Below are positions 38,030 to 47,160 of a DNA stretch of 64,000 nucleotides, piece by piece. Within the stretch, counting starts at the first letter, position 1; each line of letters opens with the position of its first letter. The stretch covers positions 1,746,760-1,810,759 of the forward strand of contig CBDCEF010000004.1 of assembly GCA_965215735.1 (NCBI GenBank), read 5' to 3'. This DNA comes from Dehalococcoidia bacterium (GTDB taxonomy: Bacteria; Chloroflexota; Dehalococcoidia; Lucifugimonadales; UBA1123). The notes under the pieces were generated by a model that worked only from the letters and a program-made list of their open reading frames with translations, ran no database searches and was not told the origin of the DNA. The position numbers were made by a program, and so were the translations under genes.

Positions 38030-38317
38030 ATGGCTGGCGAAGGCAGAATGGACATTGAGATCATCTACTGCGTTCCTTGACAGTATCACGGAGTTGCGGC
38101 CTGGATGGTCAACGAGTTCGTGGCAGAAGGTGGTAAGGACGTAGCAATCGAGGTCAAGACCGGCGTGGGCGGAGTGCTTCAGGTATTCGTCGACGGCGAC
38201 AAGATCTACGACAAGGCAGAAGAGGGAGGGCAAACGCCTCACCTCAACCGCGTCAAGGAGCTGCGGGCAGTTGTCAGGAGCAGGCTGGACTCATTGGTTC
38301 CAGCTGACGACAACTAG
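38030..38317 (+). CDS. SelW/SelT/SelH (Rdx) family redox protein with predicted selenocysteine at the in-frame TGA 38078-38080
   Basis: My own translation from ATG 38030 (AGGAGG 6 nt upstream) gives MAGEGRMDIEIIYCVP-U-QYHGVAAWMVNEFVAEGGKDVAIEVKTGVGGVLQVFVDGDKIYDK... This is the CxxU redox motif plus the Rdx-fold 'GG.F.V.VDG..I' pattern. The ORF track shows only the part after the TGA (38105..38317). Confidence 0.7.
38087..38122 (+). promoter_or_regulatory. Candidate bacterial SECIS hairpin downstream of the UGA
   Basis: CACG/CGUG (38087-90 with 38119-22), GUUG/CAAC (38093-96 with 38110-13) and GCC/GGU (38099-101 with 38107-09) close a UGGAU loop. The stem starts 6 nt after the UGA. I folded it by eye only. 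Confidence 0.35.
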
Positions 38318-38341
38318 AACAGCCCATCAATCATGAAACAG

Positions 38342-38374
38342 AGGCCCCGGTACAAGACCGGGGCCTTTTGTTTT
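38342..38374 (+). terminator. Rho-independent terminator
   Basis: AGGCCCCGGT-acaag-ACCGGGGCCT followed by TTTGTTTT, 25 nt after the SelW-like stop. Confidence 0.75.
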
Positions 38375-38447
38375 GGCGAGAATCTAGCAGTTTTCCGGTC
38401 GCTGCTTACGTCGGGCCGATCTAGGTGACGCCATGCGCAGCAGACTC

Positions 38448-39050
38448 TCACCTAAGACCGGGCGTCAGATGCACCGTCATCCGACCGCCATCCACATCTA
38501 CGTCTAGCACGACCTCGCGAATGGCAGGAATCAGCAGGTCTGGACCAGCGTCGTTCCTGATAACGTACACGTCATTCGCAGAAGTATCGAGTATCTCCGC
38601 AATAACGCCAAGCTCCTCGCCTTCGTCGCTGAACACATGCAAGTCGATCAATTGGAAGTGGTAGTACGTATCTTCAGGCAGCGGAGCTAGATTGTCCTCA
38701 GGAACGGTGAGCAACGCTCCCCGCATGGAGTCTGCCGCTGTCCTGTGGGTCACATTCGTCAGGCGGACTACAAACCCGCCCCGATTTGGTCGCGCAGACA
38801 CAACAGTCTCACGCCTGCCCTTGATGTGAAGCTCGGACCCGGGAGAGAATCGTTCCGGGAAGTCGGTCTGGGGTTGGACCTTGAGGTCTCCATTAAGTCC
38901 CCAGCCTCCCGTGACGTGTCCGACAATCACATGCCCGTCGGGCGGCTCTGGGCGGCTCCGGGACGCGGACTTAACGTTGCGTTGCGACCTTGGCGATCCA
39001 CGGCGGGAGTGGGTACCTGTCGGCCTATTCGGTCCGGAACCGGCAGGCAT
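38448..39050 (-). CDS. rimM: 16S rRNA processing protein RimM
   Basis: 200 aa. 'VIVGHVTGGWGLNGDLKV' and the PRC-barrel part 'YYHFQLIDLHVF...G..LG.I..I...ANDVYVI' are present, in the rpsP-KH-rimM context. It has a basic N-terminal extension of about 40 aa. Confidence 0.9.
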   Translation of the reverse strand: MPAGSGPNRPTGTHSRRGSPRSQRNVKSASRSRPEPPDGHVIVGHVTGGWGLNGDLKVQPQTDFPERFSPGSELHIKGRRETVVSARPNRGGFVVRLTNVTHRTAADSMRGALLTVPEDNLAPLPEDTYYHFQLIDLHVFSDEGEELGVIAEILDTSANDVYVIRNDAGPDLLIPAIREVVLDVDVDGGRMTVHLTPGLR

Positions 39051-39061
39051 GGACGATACTT

Positions 39062-39292
39062 TCAGATTATCTCGAGCGTAGCTCGTGTGCCTTGTTTGAC
39101 AGCCGCCACCCTGATTAGGTGCCTGATCGACTGCGCGACACGCCCCTGGCGGCCGATGACCTTGCCCTTGTCGTCTGGAGCAACTTCGAGCCTGACGACT
39201 ATTCGACCGTCCTCGTCCTCTTCTTCAGTAACCCTGACCTCGTCCGGCTCGGAGGCTATCGACTTCGCTATGAATTCGACCAGCTCTTTCAT
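39062..39292 (-). CDS. KH-domain RNA-binding protein (YlqC/UPF0109 family)
   Basis: 76 aa with 'DKGKVIGRQGRVAQSIRHLI' (GxxG KH motif). It sits in the conserved position between rpsP and rimM. Confidence 0.85.
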   Translation of the reverse strand: MKELVEFIAKSIASEPDEVRVTEEEDEDGRIVVRLEVAPDDKGKVIGRQGRVAQSIRHLIRVAAVKQGTRATLEII

Positions 39293-39570
39293 TCAGCCTC
39301 AACCTCAACCTCAACCTCAGCTTTGACTCTTTCCAACGTACCTAGAGTCCTTAGCAGCTGCCTGACGGCGTCTGACGGTTGAGCGCCCTGTCGGAGCCAC
39401 TTCAGAGCCTTTTCTTCATCGATGACGACCGTCGGAGGATCCGTACGCGGATTGTAGTGGCCCAAGTGGTCCACAAACGCACCGTCCCTCGCAGCCCTCG
39501 AATCCGCCACTACTACTCGGTAGCTGGGCTGGTGCCGGGCTCCCGTTCTCCTGAGTCTGATCTTGAGCAT
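39289..39570 (-). CDS. rpsP: 30S ribosomal protein S16
   Basis: 93 aa. 'MLKIRLRRTGARHQPSYRVVVADSRAARDG.F...LGHYNP' is the canonical S16 sequence. The C-terminal tail is KAEVEVEVEAE. Confidence 0.95.
   Translation of the reverse strand: MLKIRLRRTGARHQPSYRVVVADSRAARDGAFVDHLGHYNPRTDPPTVVIDEEKALKWLRQGAQPSDAVRQLLRTLGTLERVKAEVEVEVEAE
39297..39320. repeat. Hexanucleotide tandem repeat (CCTCAA x ~4) encoding the (Glu-Val)n tail of S16
   Basis: The sequence is cctcaa cctcaa cctcaa cctcag on the plus strand. It overlaps the 3' end of rpsP, just upstream of the KH-protein start at 39292. Confidence 0.6.
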
Positions 39571-39741
39571 CTAGTCCACTCTCAACGATTGTTTGGTTTA
39601 CTTGAGCGTATCCTTGGAAAGTCGTCCGTCAGCGTCACCAGGACGCCGTTCTGGTCATCGACCCGAAGACGAGAACCCACATATCGGCTCACCGCTGCAT
39701 TCGGTAGCGCCGGGGTGGTCAATCCCTGTCCCGGCGTACGA

Positions 39742-39999
39742 CTACCTGTTCTTAGCCTGGCTGAGTTGACTCATCAACCGTGACTTTCGCCTGGAGGCGT
39801 TGTTGGGATGCAATGCGCCCTTTGCGGCTGCCTTGTCCAGGGCCATCACGGCTGATCGTACGGCCTGGCCCGCGCTGTCCACGTCACCTTCATCGATGAG
39901 TCTTCGCGCGTTTCTAATGGACGTTCTGGCCCGCGTGCGTAGGGGTTGGTTTTGCTCCCGCTTGCGCACTGATGCTCGATTTGACTTGGCTGAAGGCAA
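39742..39999 (-). CDS. rpsT: 30S ribosomal protein S20
   Basis: 85 aa, basic. 'SAKSNRASVRKREQNQPLRTRARTSIRNA....ALDKAAAKGALHPNNASRRKSRL' is typical S20. TTG start with GGAG upstream. Confidence 0.9.
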   Translation of the reverse strand: MPSAKSNRASVRKREQNQPLRTRARTSIRNARRLIDEGDVDSAGQAVRSAVMALDKAAAKGALHPNNASRRKSRLMSQLSQAKNR

Positions 40000-40211
40000 T
40001 TGCGCTACTCCGCTTCACAAGTGTTCAAGTATTGTATCAGGTTTGACATGCACCATTCTAACTGAAGTTCGATGTGGAAACTGTCCCAGATTGGTAGGCG
40101 CTACTATTTCGTCATACTGGCGAAGGCCGGTATCCATTGGGGAGGGGGATAGACCGATTCACCCTTCAGGCAGCGTTGTGCAAAGCCTTGGCCAGTTCGG
40201 AACAATCCCCC

Positions 40212-42368
40212 TCACATATTGCTCCGAGTGACAGTCATCACTCCTCTGACTGCTTCCAGCTTGAAGAACAGCCTGCTGAGCTGGTCGATACCGCTCACGT
40301 GCAATGTCAGGGTGATGATCGACACGCTGTCGTATTCCTCGGACACGCACGAAGCTATGTTGACATTTTCCCCCGACACTACGAATGTCACATCGCGGAG
40401 CAGACCGACTCGGTCCTGTGCTCTGACCTGGATTCTCACAGGGTACTTGACCTCTGTCTTCCCCCATGAGACCTGTACCAGTCGCTGCGGCTCGTCCTCG
40501 TGCAGGATGTTGGGACAACTTCGTCTGTGGACCGTTACGCCCCTGAAGCGCGTGATGTAGCCGATGATCTCGTCACCGTTGATAGGGTTGCAGCAGCGAG
40601 CCATGGACGTCAGCAGGTCCCCTACGCCCAACACCTCAATACCCGTACTCGGGCTGATGGGAAGCCCAAGCTCCTGCTGGCGTTGCACTTCCTCTTCCGC
40701 GGCGCCCTTTTCTCTTGAGCTCAGCTTGTTGACTACCTGGACCACGGAAACCGAACCGTCTCCGAGAGCGGCCAGGAAGTCGTCGACCCTGGCGATTCCC
40801 ATCATCGATGCGACCTGGTCGTCCGGCGCTGTAGTCAGCCTGCGGATGTGACGGTTGTACAGGTCTCGCCCCCGCTGGATGTTGACGGACTGCTCTTGCC
40901 GCTTGAACCACTGACGCACCCTCGCCCGCGCGGACGTCGTCCCGAGATATCCGAGATCCTCGTTCAACCAGTCCAGGCTCGGGCCACGCACGGTCTTGGA
41001 CGTCAGTATCTGGCACGTGTCGCCATTTCTTAACTGGTAAGTCAGTGGCACCAGCTTCTGGTTGACCTTGGCGCCAATACATCGGAATATAAGGTCTGAA
41101 TGGACCCTGAACGCAAAGTCCAACGGGGTCGACCCGGACGGTAGCTCCTTGAGTTCACCAAGGGGAGTGTAGACAAAGACCTGGTTCTGGAATATGTCGG
41201 TCTTGAGCGACTCTACGAAGTCCTCCGCCGCAGCGACGTCGCGCTGCCACTCCATGATCTGTCTCAGCCACACCATCTTCTGCTCGAACGGATCGTTGTT
41301 GCCCACTCCCTCCTTGTACAGCCAGTGTGCGGCTACACCGTACTCGGCCAACTGGTGCATCTCGTGCGTCCGCACCTGTATCTCGACCGGATGTCCGTCC
41401 TCTGCGATGACCGTCGTGTGAATCGACTGGTATAGGTTGTCCTTCGGGTTGGCTATGTAGTCGTCGAATTCGCCCGGGACCGGGTGCCATCTCGTATGGA
41501 TGATTCCCAGCGCCGCGTAACAGTCCGCCACGGTGTCTACCAGCACCCGCAAGGCGAACAGGTCGTTTATGTCGTCCACTGTCTTGTTTTGCCGAGCGTA
41601 CTTCGAGATCTTGCTGTGTATCGAGTACAGGTGCTTCGGTCTACCGAACACGTCCGCCCTGATCGATGCTCTGCCAAGTTCTGCCTGCAGAATATCCTTG
41701 GCGCCTTCGATGTAGGTCTCCCGCTCGTCACGCTTGTAGTTGAGCCTCTGCGAGATGTCCTTGTAATCGGTCGGGTTCAGCTGCTGGAACGCCATGTCCT
41801 CGAGCTGCCACTTAATCTCCCAGATCCCGAGACGATGGGCGAGTGGCGCGTAAATGTCCAATGTCTCCTGCGCCTTCTCTATTCTCTTGGCCTCGGGCAG
41901 GTGCCGGATGGTGCGCATGTTGTGGAGCCTGTCGGCAAGCTTAATCAGCACGACCCTGATGTCCTCCGCCATCGCCATCAGCATCTTGCGGATCGTCTCG
42001 GCCTGCGCGTGTGTCGTCTCTAGCGTATTTACGGCGCCCGCAGCCACAAGTTCGGCCTCAGTGAACTTTGTCACGCCATCGACGAGACGTGCCACGTCGT
42101 TCCCGAACTTGTTCTGGATATCCCCTATCAGCACATCGGGGCTGTCCTCGACCACATCGTGCAGCAGACCTGCCGCAAGAGCGTCAGGGTCGAGTTTGAG
42201 ATCGGCCAGCACCATTGCCGTCTGGAAAGGGTGCTCCAGGAAAGGCTCCCCTGACTTTCGCAACTGACCGTCGTGGGCTTCGGCAGCGTAGTGAAACGCC
42301 TCCTCCACAACTCCAAGCCGCTCTTCAGGGAGGTACTCCCTGGCTTTGCCTATGAGCGTTTCGAGCAT
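40212..42368 (-). CDS. relA: Bifunctional (p)ppGpp synthetase/hydrolase (RelA/SpoT homolog)
   Basis: HD domain ('HPFQTAMVLADL...LLHDVVED'), synthetase domain ('YQSIHTTV'), then TGS and ACT regions. I trimmed the start to the ATG at 42368, because the ORF-track extension to 42533 translates a REP-like element. Confidence 0.9.
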   Translation of the reverse strand: MLETLIGKAREYLPEERLGVVEEAFHYAAEAHDGQLRKSGEPFLEHPFQTAMVLADLKLDPDALAAGLLHDVVEDSPDVLIGDIQNKFGNDVARLVDGVTKFTEAELVAAGAVNTLETTHAQAETIRKMLMAMAEDIRVVLIKLADRLHNMRTIRHLPEAKRIEKAQETLDIYAPLAHRLGIWEIKWQLEDMAFQQLNPTDYKDISQRLNYKRDERETYIEGAKDILQAELGRASIRADVFGRPKHLYSIHSKISKYARQNKTVDDINDLFALRVLVDTVADCYAALGIIHTRWHPVPGEFDDYIANPKDNLYQSIHTTVIAEDGHPVEIQVRTHEMHQLAEYGVAAHWLYKEGVGNNDPFEQKMVWLRQIMEWQRDVAAAEDFVESLKTDIFQNQVFVYTPLGELKELPSGSTPLDFAFRVHSDLIFRCIGAKVNQKLVPLTYQLRNGDTCQILTSKTVRGPSLDWLNEDLGYLGTTSARARVRQWFKRQEQSVNIQRGRDLYNRHIRRLTTAPDDQVASMMGIARVDDFLAALGDGSVSVVQVVNKLSSREKGAAEEEVQRQQELGLPISPSTGIEVLGVGDLLTSMARCCNPINGDEIIGYITRFRGVTVHRRSCPNILHEDEPQRLVQVSWGKTEVKYPVRIQVRAQDRVGLLRDVTFVVSGENVNIASCVSEEYDSVSIITLTLHVSGIDQLSRLFFKLEAVRGVMTVTRSNM

Positions 42369-42390
42369 GCCCTGACCTCCAGGGTAACAG

Positions 42391-42425
42391 CCCCCTCTCT
42401 CAGGGAGAGGGTTGGAGCCTGCCCC
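42391..42425. repeat. REP-like element, family A (divergent or truncated copy)
   Basis: The sequence is ccccctctctcagggagagggttggagcctgcccc, located in the 5' leader of relA. Confidence 0.4.
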
Positions 42426-42543
42426 ATACTTGATACGGGGGTGAGGATCATCTACGCGGCTTAGCACGTGCGATGTCCAATAGTTAAAAGACCCTGTACA
42501 CAGCAACGGCCTGATTGAATGATTATAGTACAATGTTTCACAA

Positions 42544-43815
42544 TTGAAAGCAGGGAGTTTTGCATTGCAGTTTCAGGCCCCACGAGGCACAACCGATGTG
42601 CTGCCCGAAGACGAAACCTACTGGTCCTTCGTCCGAACCACGGCAGAGGACGTCGCGAACCGTTTCGGGTACCGGCGCATAGACACTCCCCTGTTCGAGG
42701 ATGCCGGACTGTTCGAGCGGGGAGTAGGGTCCACCACCGATATCGTTGAGAAAGAGACCTACACCTTCGAGGATCGTGGCGGCGACCTGCTAACTCTTCG
42801 AGCCGAGGGTACTGCTCCTGTCTGCCGTGCGTACCTCCAGCACGGAATGCAAAACATGACCCAGCCTGTCAGGTTATTCTACATCTGCCCTGTGTTTCGA
42901 TACGAGCGACCGCAGTTGGGCCGCTACCGCCAACACACACAGTTCGGAATCGAAGTAATCGGCGAAGTCGACGCTAGTGTCGATGCCGAGGTCATCGAGG
43001 TGGGATGGCGCTTCCTGGAGCAGGTCGGCCTGTCAGACCTCACGCTGACCATCAACTCCATAGGAGATCCAGCGTGCAGGCCCGGCTACATCGAACGGCT
43101 CAGGTCATACTACTCCAGCCACAGAGACACCCTCTGCGAGGACTGTGTGCGCCGGATTGACCGCAACGCGCTCAGGCTCCTTGACTGCAAGAACGACCAG
43201 TGCCAACCGCTCATCGATGAGGCCCCGGCGAGCGCCGACCACCTCTGCGCCGACTGCAAAGTTCACTGGGATGACCTCCGACGCTACCTCGGAGAGACGG
43301 GAATAGACTTCCAGACCGACCATAGGCTCGTGCGTGGCCTCGACTACTACACCCGCACGGTATTCGAGATCGCCCCTCCTGAAGAGGGCCGCATGGTCAC
43401 CATAGTGGGCGGCGGTCGGTACGACGGCCTGATTGAACAGCTCGGTGGCAGGCCCACTCCCGGCATCGGCTACGGTATGGGACTCGAACGAGTTATTCAG
43501 AACGTCAAGAACCAGCATGTTCAGCTCAACGGAGATATTCGTACACGGGTCATGGTTGTCCACCTCGGCGACGCCGCCAAGAGCGCTGGCGTCCGCATTG
43601 CCTCCGAGTTGCGCTCTGCCGGAATCGCCGCCACTCTCGCGCCCCCCCGCGGTCTGCGCGCCCAGCTCCGCTACGCATCGAACACAGGCGCGACCCACGC
43701 CCTCATCATAGGCGACGACGAGCTCGCCAATGGCGTCGCCACCCTCAGAGATCTCACCCAGAGCACACAGTCCGACGTCCCTCTGACCGCGATCGTGGAT
43801 GCGCTACCTGACTGA
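42544..43815 (+). CDS. hisS: Histidine--tRNA ligase
   Basis: 423 aa. 'QAPRGTTDVLPED', 'RLFYICPVFRYERPQLGRYRQHTQFG' (motif 2) and 'GGGRYDGL' (motif 3). TTG start. Confidence 0.9.
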   Translation: MKAGSFALQFQAPRGTTDVLPEDETYWSFVRTTAEDVANRFGYRRIDTPLFEDAGLFERGVGSTTDIVEKETYTFEDRGGDLLTLRAEGTAPVCRAYLQHGMQNMTQPVRLFYICPVFRYERPQLGRYRQHTQFGIEVIGEVDASVDAEVIEVGWRFLEQVGLSDLTLTINSIGDPACRPGYIERLRSYYSSHRDTLCEDCVRRIDRNALRLLDCKNDQCQPLIDEAPASADHLCADCKVHWDDLRRYLGETGIDFQTDHRLVRGLDYYTRTVFEIAPPEEGRMVTIVGGGRYDGLIEQLGGRPTPGIGYGMGLERVIQNVKNQHVQLNGDIRTRVMVVHLGDAAKSAGVRIASELRSAGIAATLAPPRGLRAQLRYASNTGATHALIIGDDELANGVATLRDLTQSTQSDVPLTAIVDALPD

Positions 43816-43851
43816 GCGTCGCGTGCCCGAGGCTTTGGCGGAAATCGCCCC

Positions 43852-45162
43852 CTAGCGCGGCCCCATGTCCCTCATCGGTGCGACTATCACCAGCACCGCC
43901 GAAATCGCTGTCAGGATACCGGAGTAGTAGAACACAGAGCCGTATCCCCCGAAGTTCTCGATCACAAAGTAGCCGAGGAACGGCGACACCGCGCCCAGTA
44001 ACCCATTGAGCCCGAATATCAGGCCCACAGCGGTCGCCTCGGTGCCCCTTCCGACCACGTCCAGCACCGCCGCCTGCACTATCTGGTGCAGCGCGAAGCT
44101 GAACAGACCCGTTCCGGCCAGCACCGGAATCAGCCAAATGCCGTCACCCGCTGCCACGGTTACCAGCGAAATCGCCGCCGCGAGGATGAAGCCCGGCACC
44201 ATCACCGCCTTGCGCGAAAACCGATCGGACAGGTACCCCAGTATCGGGGCCGACACGACCCCCATCCCGGTGATCAGCGCGAAGTGGAACCCGTAGTCCA
44301 GGTCCACCTTGCCGAGTGTGTCGGTCAGGTAGAACGGCGACCACGCGAACACCGCGTCGAGCCCGACCCCGCGTAGCATTGCCGCGGCTACCAGCAGTAC
44401 CACTGCCGGGTGCCGCATGATGCTGACCGAATCCCTGATCTGCGTCGATAGGTTACGGGTCTCGACCGAGCCGATCCTGCCAACGTGCCGCAGGAAGATC
44501 CAGACCAGCACTCCCATGACAAGTGCGGGAATGACGTATATGTACATCACCCCACGCCAGCCTCTCAGCACGACTGGAACGACCCATGCCGGTATAACGG
44601 TCGCGCCCCCGTAGCTGAGCCCTCGCCACTTCGTCAGAATTGACAGCAGTGCCGTGGCGACGATTGGCCCCACCATGTTGCCCAGGTTCGAGCCGAGTCC
44701 ATGTATCGAGATCGCAAATCCGCGCCGGTCTGCGAAGATCTGCGACAATGATGCCGCCGACGGCAGGTGCCACAGCGCGCCCGGAATCGACACCAGAGGC
44801 ACCACGAGCATCAGCGCGATGTACCCAGGAGAGGCACCGAGGAGAGCAAAGAAGATCGCTGCAGCCACCATGCATCCCGTAAGCATGATGCCCCAGTACC
44901 GCTTCAGCATGTCTACGATCAGCCCGCCACCGATGTTCACCACACCAAACCCGACGAACCGCAGCGCGAGCAGCACCGATATCTGGAAAGTGTTCAGCCC
45001 AAAGTGCGACGAGATCGAGGGCATCATCACGGGCACGCCCTGATCGTATAGGTGCGCGACCCCATGCCCCGCAGACATGACCCCAAGAATCGTGGACCTG
45101 TTCTGCGCCTGCTCAGGCCGCATGTTATCTGAATCCAAGAAACACACTCCCCTCGGCTCCAA
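43852..45162 (-). CDS. MFS transporter
   Basis: 436 aa with about 12 hydrophobic helices and an 'LSDRFSRK' loop motif between TM8 and TM9. An alternative start exists at 45123. Confidence 0.8.
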   Translation of the reverse strand: MEPRGVCFLDSDNMRPEQAQNRSTILGVMSAGHGVAHLYDQGVPVMMPSISSHFGLNTFQISVLLALRFVGFGVVNIGGGLIVDMLKRYWGIMLTGCMVAAAIFFALLGASPGYIALMLVVPLVSIPGALWHLPSAASLSQIFADRRGFAISIHGLGSNLGNMVGPIVATALLSILTKWRGLSYGGATVIPAWVVPVVLRGWRGVMYIYVIPALVMGVLVWIFLRHVGRIGSVETRNLSTQIRDSVSIMRHPAVVLLVAAAMLRGVGLDAVFAWSPFYLTDTLGKVDLDYGFHFALITGMGVVSAPILGYLSDRFSRKAVMVPGFILAAAISLVTVAAGDGIWLIPVLAGTGLFSFALHQIVQAAVLDVVGRGTEATAVGLIFGLNGLLGAVSPFLGYFVIENFGGYGSVFYYSGILTAISAVLVIVAPMRDMGPR

Positions 45163-45342
45163 AGCCGCAGCGATTGTACGAGCCGAACAGACTAGCGTCC
45201 AGTCCAGGCAGAAATTCTTCTGTGTCAGTGTAGATTCAGAATTATGATCTCACTGAAATAGAGCGCAGTCGCGTTGAAGAACTTGTGTCCTATTTCTGCT
45301 ACAATCTGGGAAACACGATCTGAAGGGAGCGAATCGCCAGAC

Positions 45343-45565
45343 ATGAATGTTAGAGAGGTTAAGACCTGTCTGGCTTTGGCCATCGCCAAGGCTGCTCATG
45401 ATGAAGCTAAGGATTTGGTATCCGCTCCGAACGTAGATAGGGACAGGATTCGAGCAGCCCAATCTATCGAGCAGTCTCTGAAGTCATTGGGTCGGCTCCA
45501 AAATGGCGAAATGCCAGACTACGACAAGTGGGACCCGCTTATGTACGTCACTTGGTATCAGGCTA
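45343..45565 (+). pseudogene. 5' fragment of an IS-interrupted methyltransferase-like gene
   Basis: The reading frame (MNVREVKTCLALAIAKAAHDE...DKWDPLMYVTWYQA) runs directly into the left IS end. The start is uncertain: 45343 ATG, or 45274 TTG as in the ORF track. Confidence 0.6.
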
Positions 45566-46336
45566 GGGTCTGTTCACACTACGTAGTGCATCGAAGATCG
45601 TTCCAAAGAGGATGAACCCGATGTAGAGTTCATCGAGCTTGTCATACCGAGTGAATATACGACGAAAGCCTTTCATCCTGCGGAACAGACGCTCCACCTC
45701 ATTGCGCCTCTTGTACAGCTCCTCGTCATACTCCCAAGGGACCTTGCGACTCTTGCGAGGCGGAACGACAACTGAATATCCTAAACCCGATGCCAACTGA
45801 CGTGTCGCGTCACCTTCATATGCACGGTCCATCACCATGGACGGACTCCCACACTGTGGCCCCAGACGTTCCAGGAGCTTGCGGCCTTCGGGTGCGTCGT
45901 GAGCCTGTCCGGCAGACAACGAGAAGATCACCGGGTGTGCGCTCATCTGCGGCTACCATGTGAATCTTCGTTGTCAACCCACCACGCGATCTACCTATGG
46001 CCTGTGGGCCGTTTTTTTCAACGCTCCAGTCCCGTCCGGATGCACCTTGACCGTCGTACTGTCCAGCGAGAGCACATCGAGACTGACCTCCACTATTCCT
46101 TCCTGCCCAAGCTGCTCGAACACCCGGTCGAGAACCCCATTCTTGGACCAGCGGTTCATCCGCATATAGACAGTGTGCCATCTGCCGAAGCGCTCTGGCA
46201 GTCCTCGCCACTTGCAGCCGTGTTCGGCAACGTACAGAATAGCGTTGAGCACCTGCAGGTTCGGAATCCTCACGTTGCCACGCTGCACAGGCAGGTGAGG
46301 CTCAATCAGTTCGTATTGACCTTGTGTGAGTTCCAT
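45563..46336 (-). pseudogene. IS5/IS427-type DDE transposase split over three frame segments
   Basis: Segment A (46336-45998) gives 'MELTQGQYELIEPHLP...GCKWRGLPERFG.WHTVY.R.NRW' and ends just after an A7 run (46012-46018). Segment B, in another frame, gives 'KNGPQAIGRSRGGLTTKIHMVAADERT'. Segment C, back in the frame of A, gives 'VIFSLSAGQAHDAPEG...MDRAYEGD...YKRRNEVERLFRRMKGFRRIFTRYDK'. Confidence 0.7.
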
Positions 46337-46383
46337 GTACCCATGCTAGCATCCTCAACTCAGCTAGTGTGAACAGACCCTAG
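45563..46383 (-). mobile_element. IS5-family insertion sequence (IS427-like group), about 815 bp, in a CTAG target
   Basis: Perfect 19-bp terminal inverted repeats: ctagggtctgttcacacta (45563-45581) and tagtgtgaacagaccctag (46365-46383). If the core is taken as 45566-46380, a TA is duplicated on each side within CTAG. The interior encodes a DDE transposase. Confidence 0.85.
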
Positions 46384-47143
46384 TCAAGTAAATCTTGCAT
46401 ACAGTGTCCTGAAGTGGGCGAACAAGATGCCTTGGTCAAGAGGCGCCTTCAGTTCGCGTGCTGGAAGTGTGCAGGTAGTGGACTTTGGTTGCGGGGCATT
46501 GGCAGTGCAATTTGCCGTAGCGCTGGCAGCAGCGGACACTCTGAAGAGTGGCAAGAGATTGGACCTAATAAGGGTAGACTCTTTCGACACTAGTGCGGCA
46601 ATGATGAAGATGGGTGCTCGGGTGTGGTTGCACTTTAGGGCTACCTTGGAGGAACTTCACCCAGGAGACCCTCTTACCGAAATTGTGGGCTCTATGGATG
46701 TCAAGCTGCACAGATCGGTCAAGTCAATCGAACGCATAGATGGTGCTTCACAGTTACTCACAGCAATCCATGCTGTTTACGATGCGAACAAAGAGCCTGT
46801 GCAGAAGGACCTTCGGCGCTTAGGCCGTAGGCTTCGACCAAACGGCTGTCTTCTGACAACTTACTCTGGATACTGGCAACTATTGGACGATGTTTCGCCA
46901 CTGCGCGGTGCCCCAGGATATGTTGAGCGAACAACAGGATTTCCCAATCCGATCAGGGTACAGAGCCAGTTTGATGGCACCGTTAAGGAGGTGTTCGAAT
47001 GGAGAAAAACACTGTGGCGTTCATTGAATTTACCCCTCGGTGCGGAGGGCATTAACTATTGGTTCATAAAAAACATGCTGAATCAGCCCGTGAGTTGGGA
47101 GTATCGTTCCCCGGCAATCCAAGCCTACCTCAAGTCATCGTGA
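46381..47143 (+). pseudogene. 3' fragment of the IS-interrupted methyltransferase-like gene
   Basis: It continues in frame with the 5' fragment once 45566-46382 (817 nt) is removed. It contains 'VQVVDFGCGALAV' (resembling SAM-MTase motif I) and 'LRPNGCLLTTY'. Confidence 0.6.
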
Positions 47144-47160
47144 ATTGAGGACATCCTTAG

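Noticed and set aside
37904-38242. A 112-aa minus-strand ORF overlapping the SelW-like gene
   Set aside because: It has no motifs or SD. The opposite strand has a strong SD, an Rdx-family sequence and a terminator.
39571-39741. A possible ncRNA (SRP RNA, or an r-protein leader) in the 171-nt gap between rpsT and rpsP
   Set aside because: I could not find the conserved SRP domain IV motifs or any other diagnostic structure by eye. Only weak hairpins are present, so I left it unannotated.
40212-42533. The ORF-track N-terminal extension of RelA/SpoT (55 extra residues), and similar extended starts at 8597, 10688, 36953, 51948, 60000, 62496 and 62673
   Set aside because: The extensions read through REP-like elements or intergenic sequence, or overlap neighbouring genes. 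Internal ATGs coincide with the conserved family N-termini.
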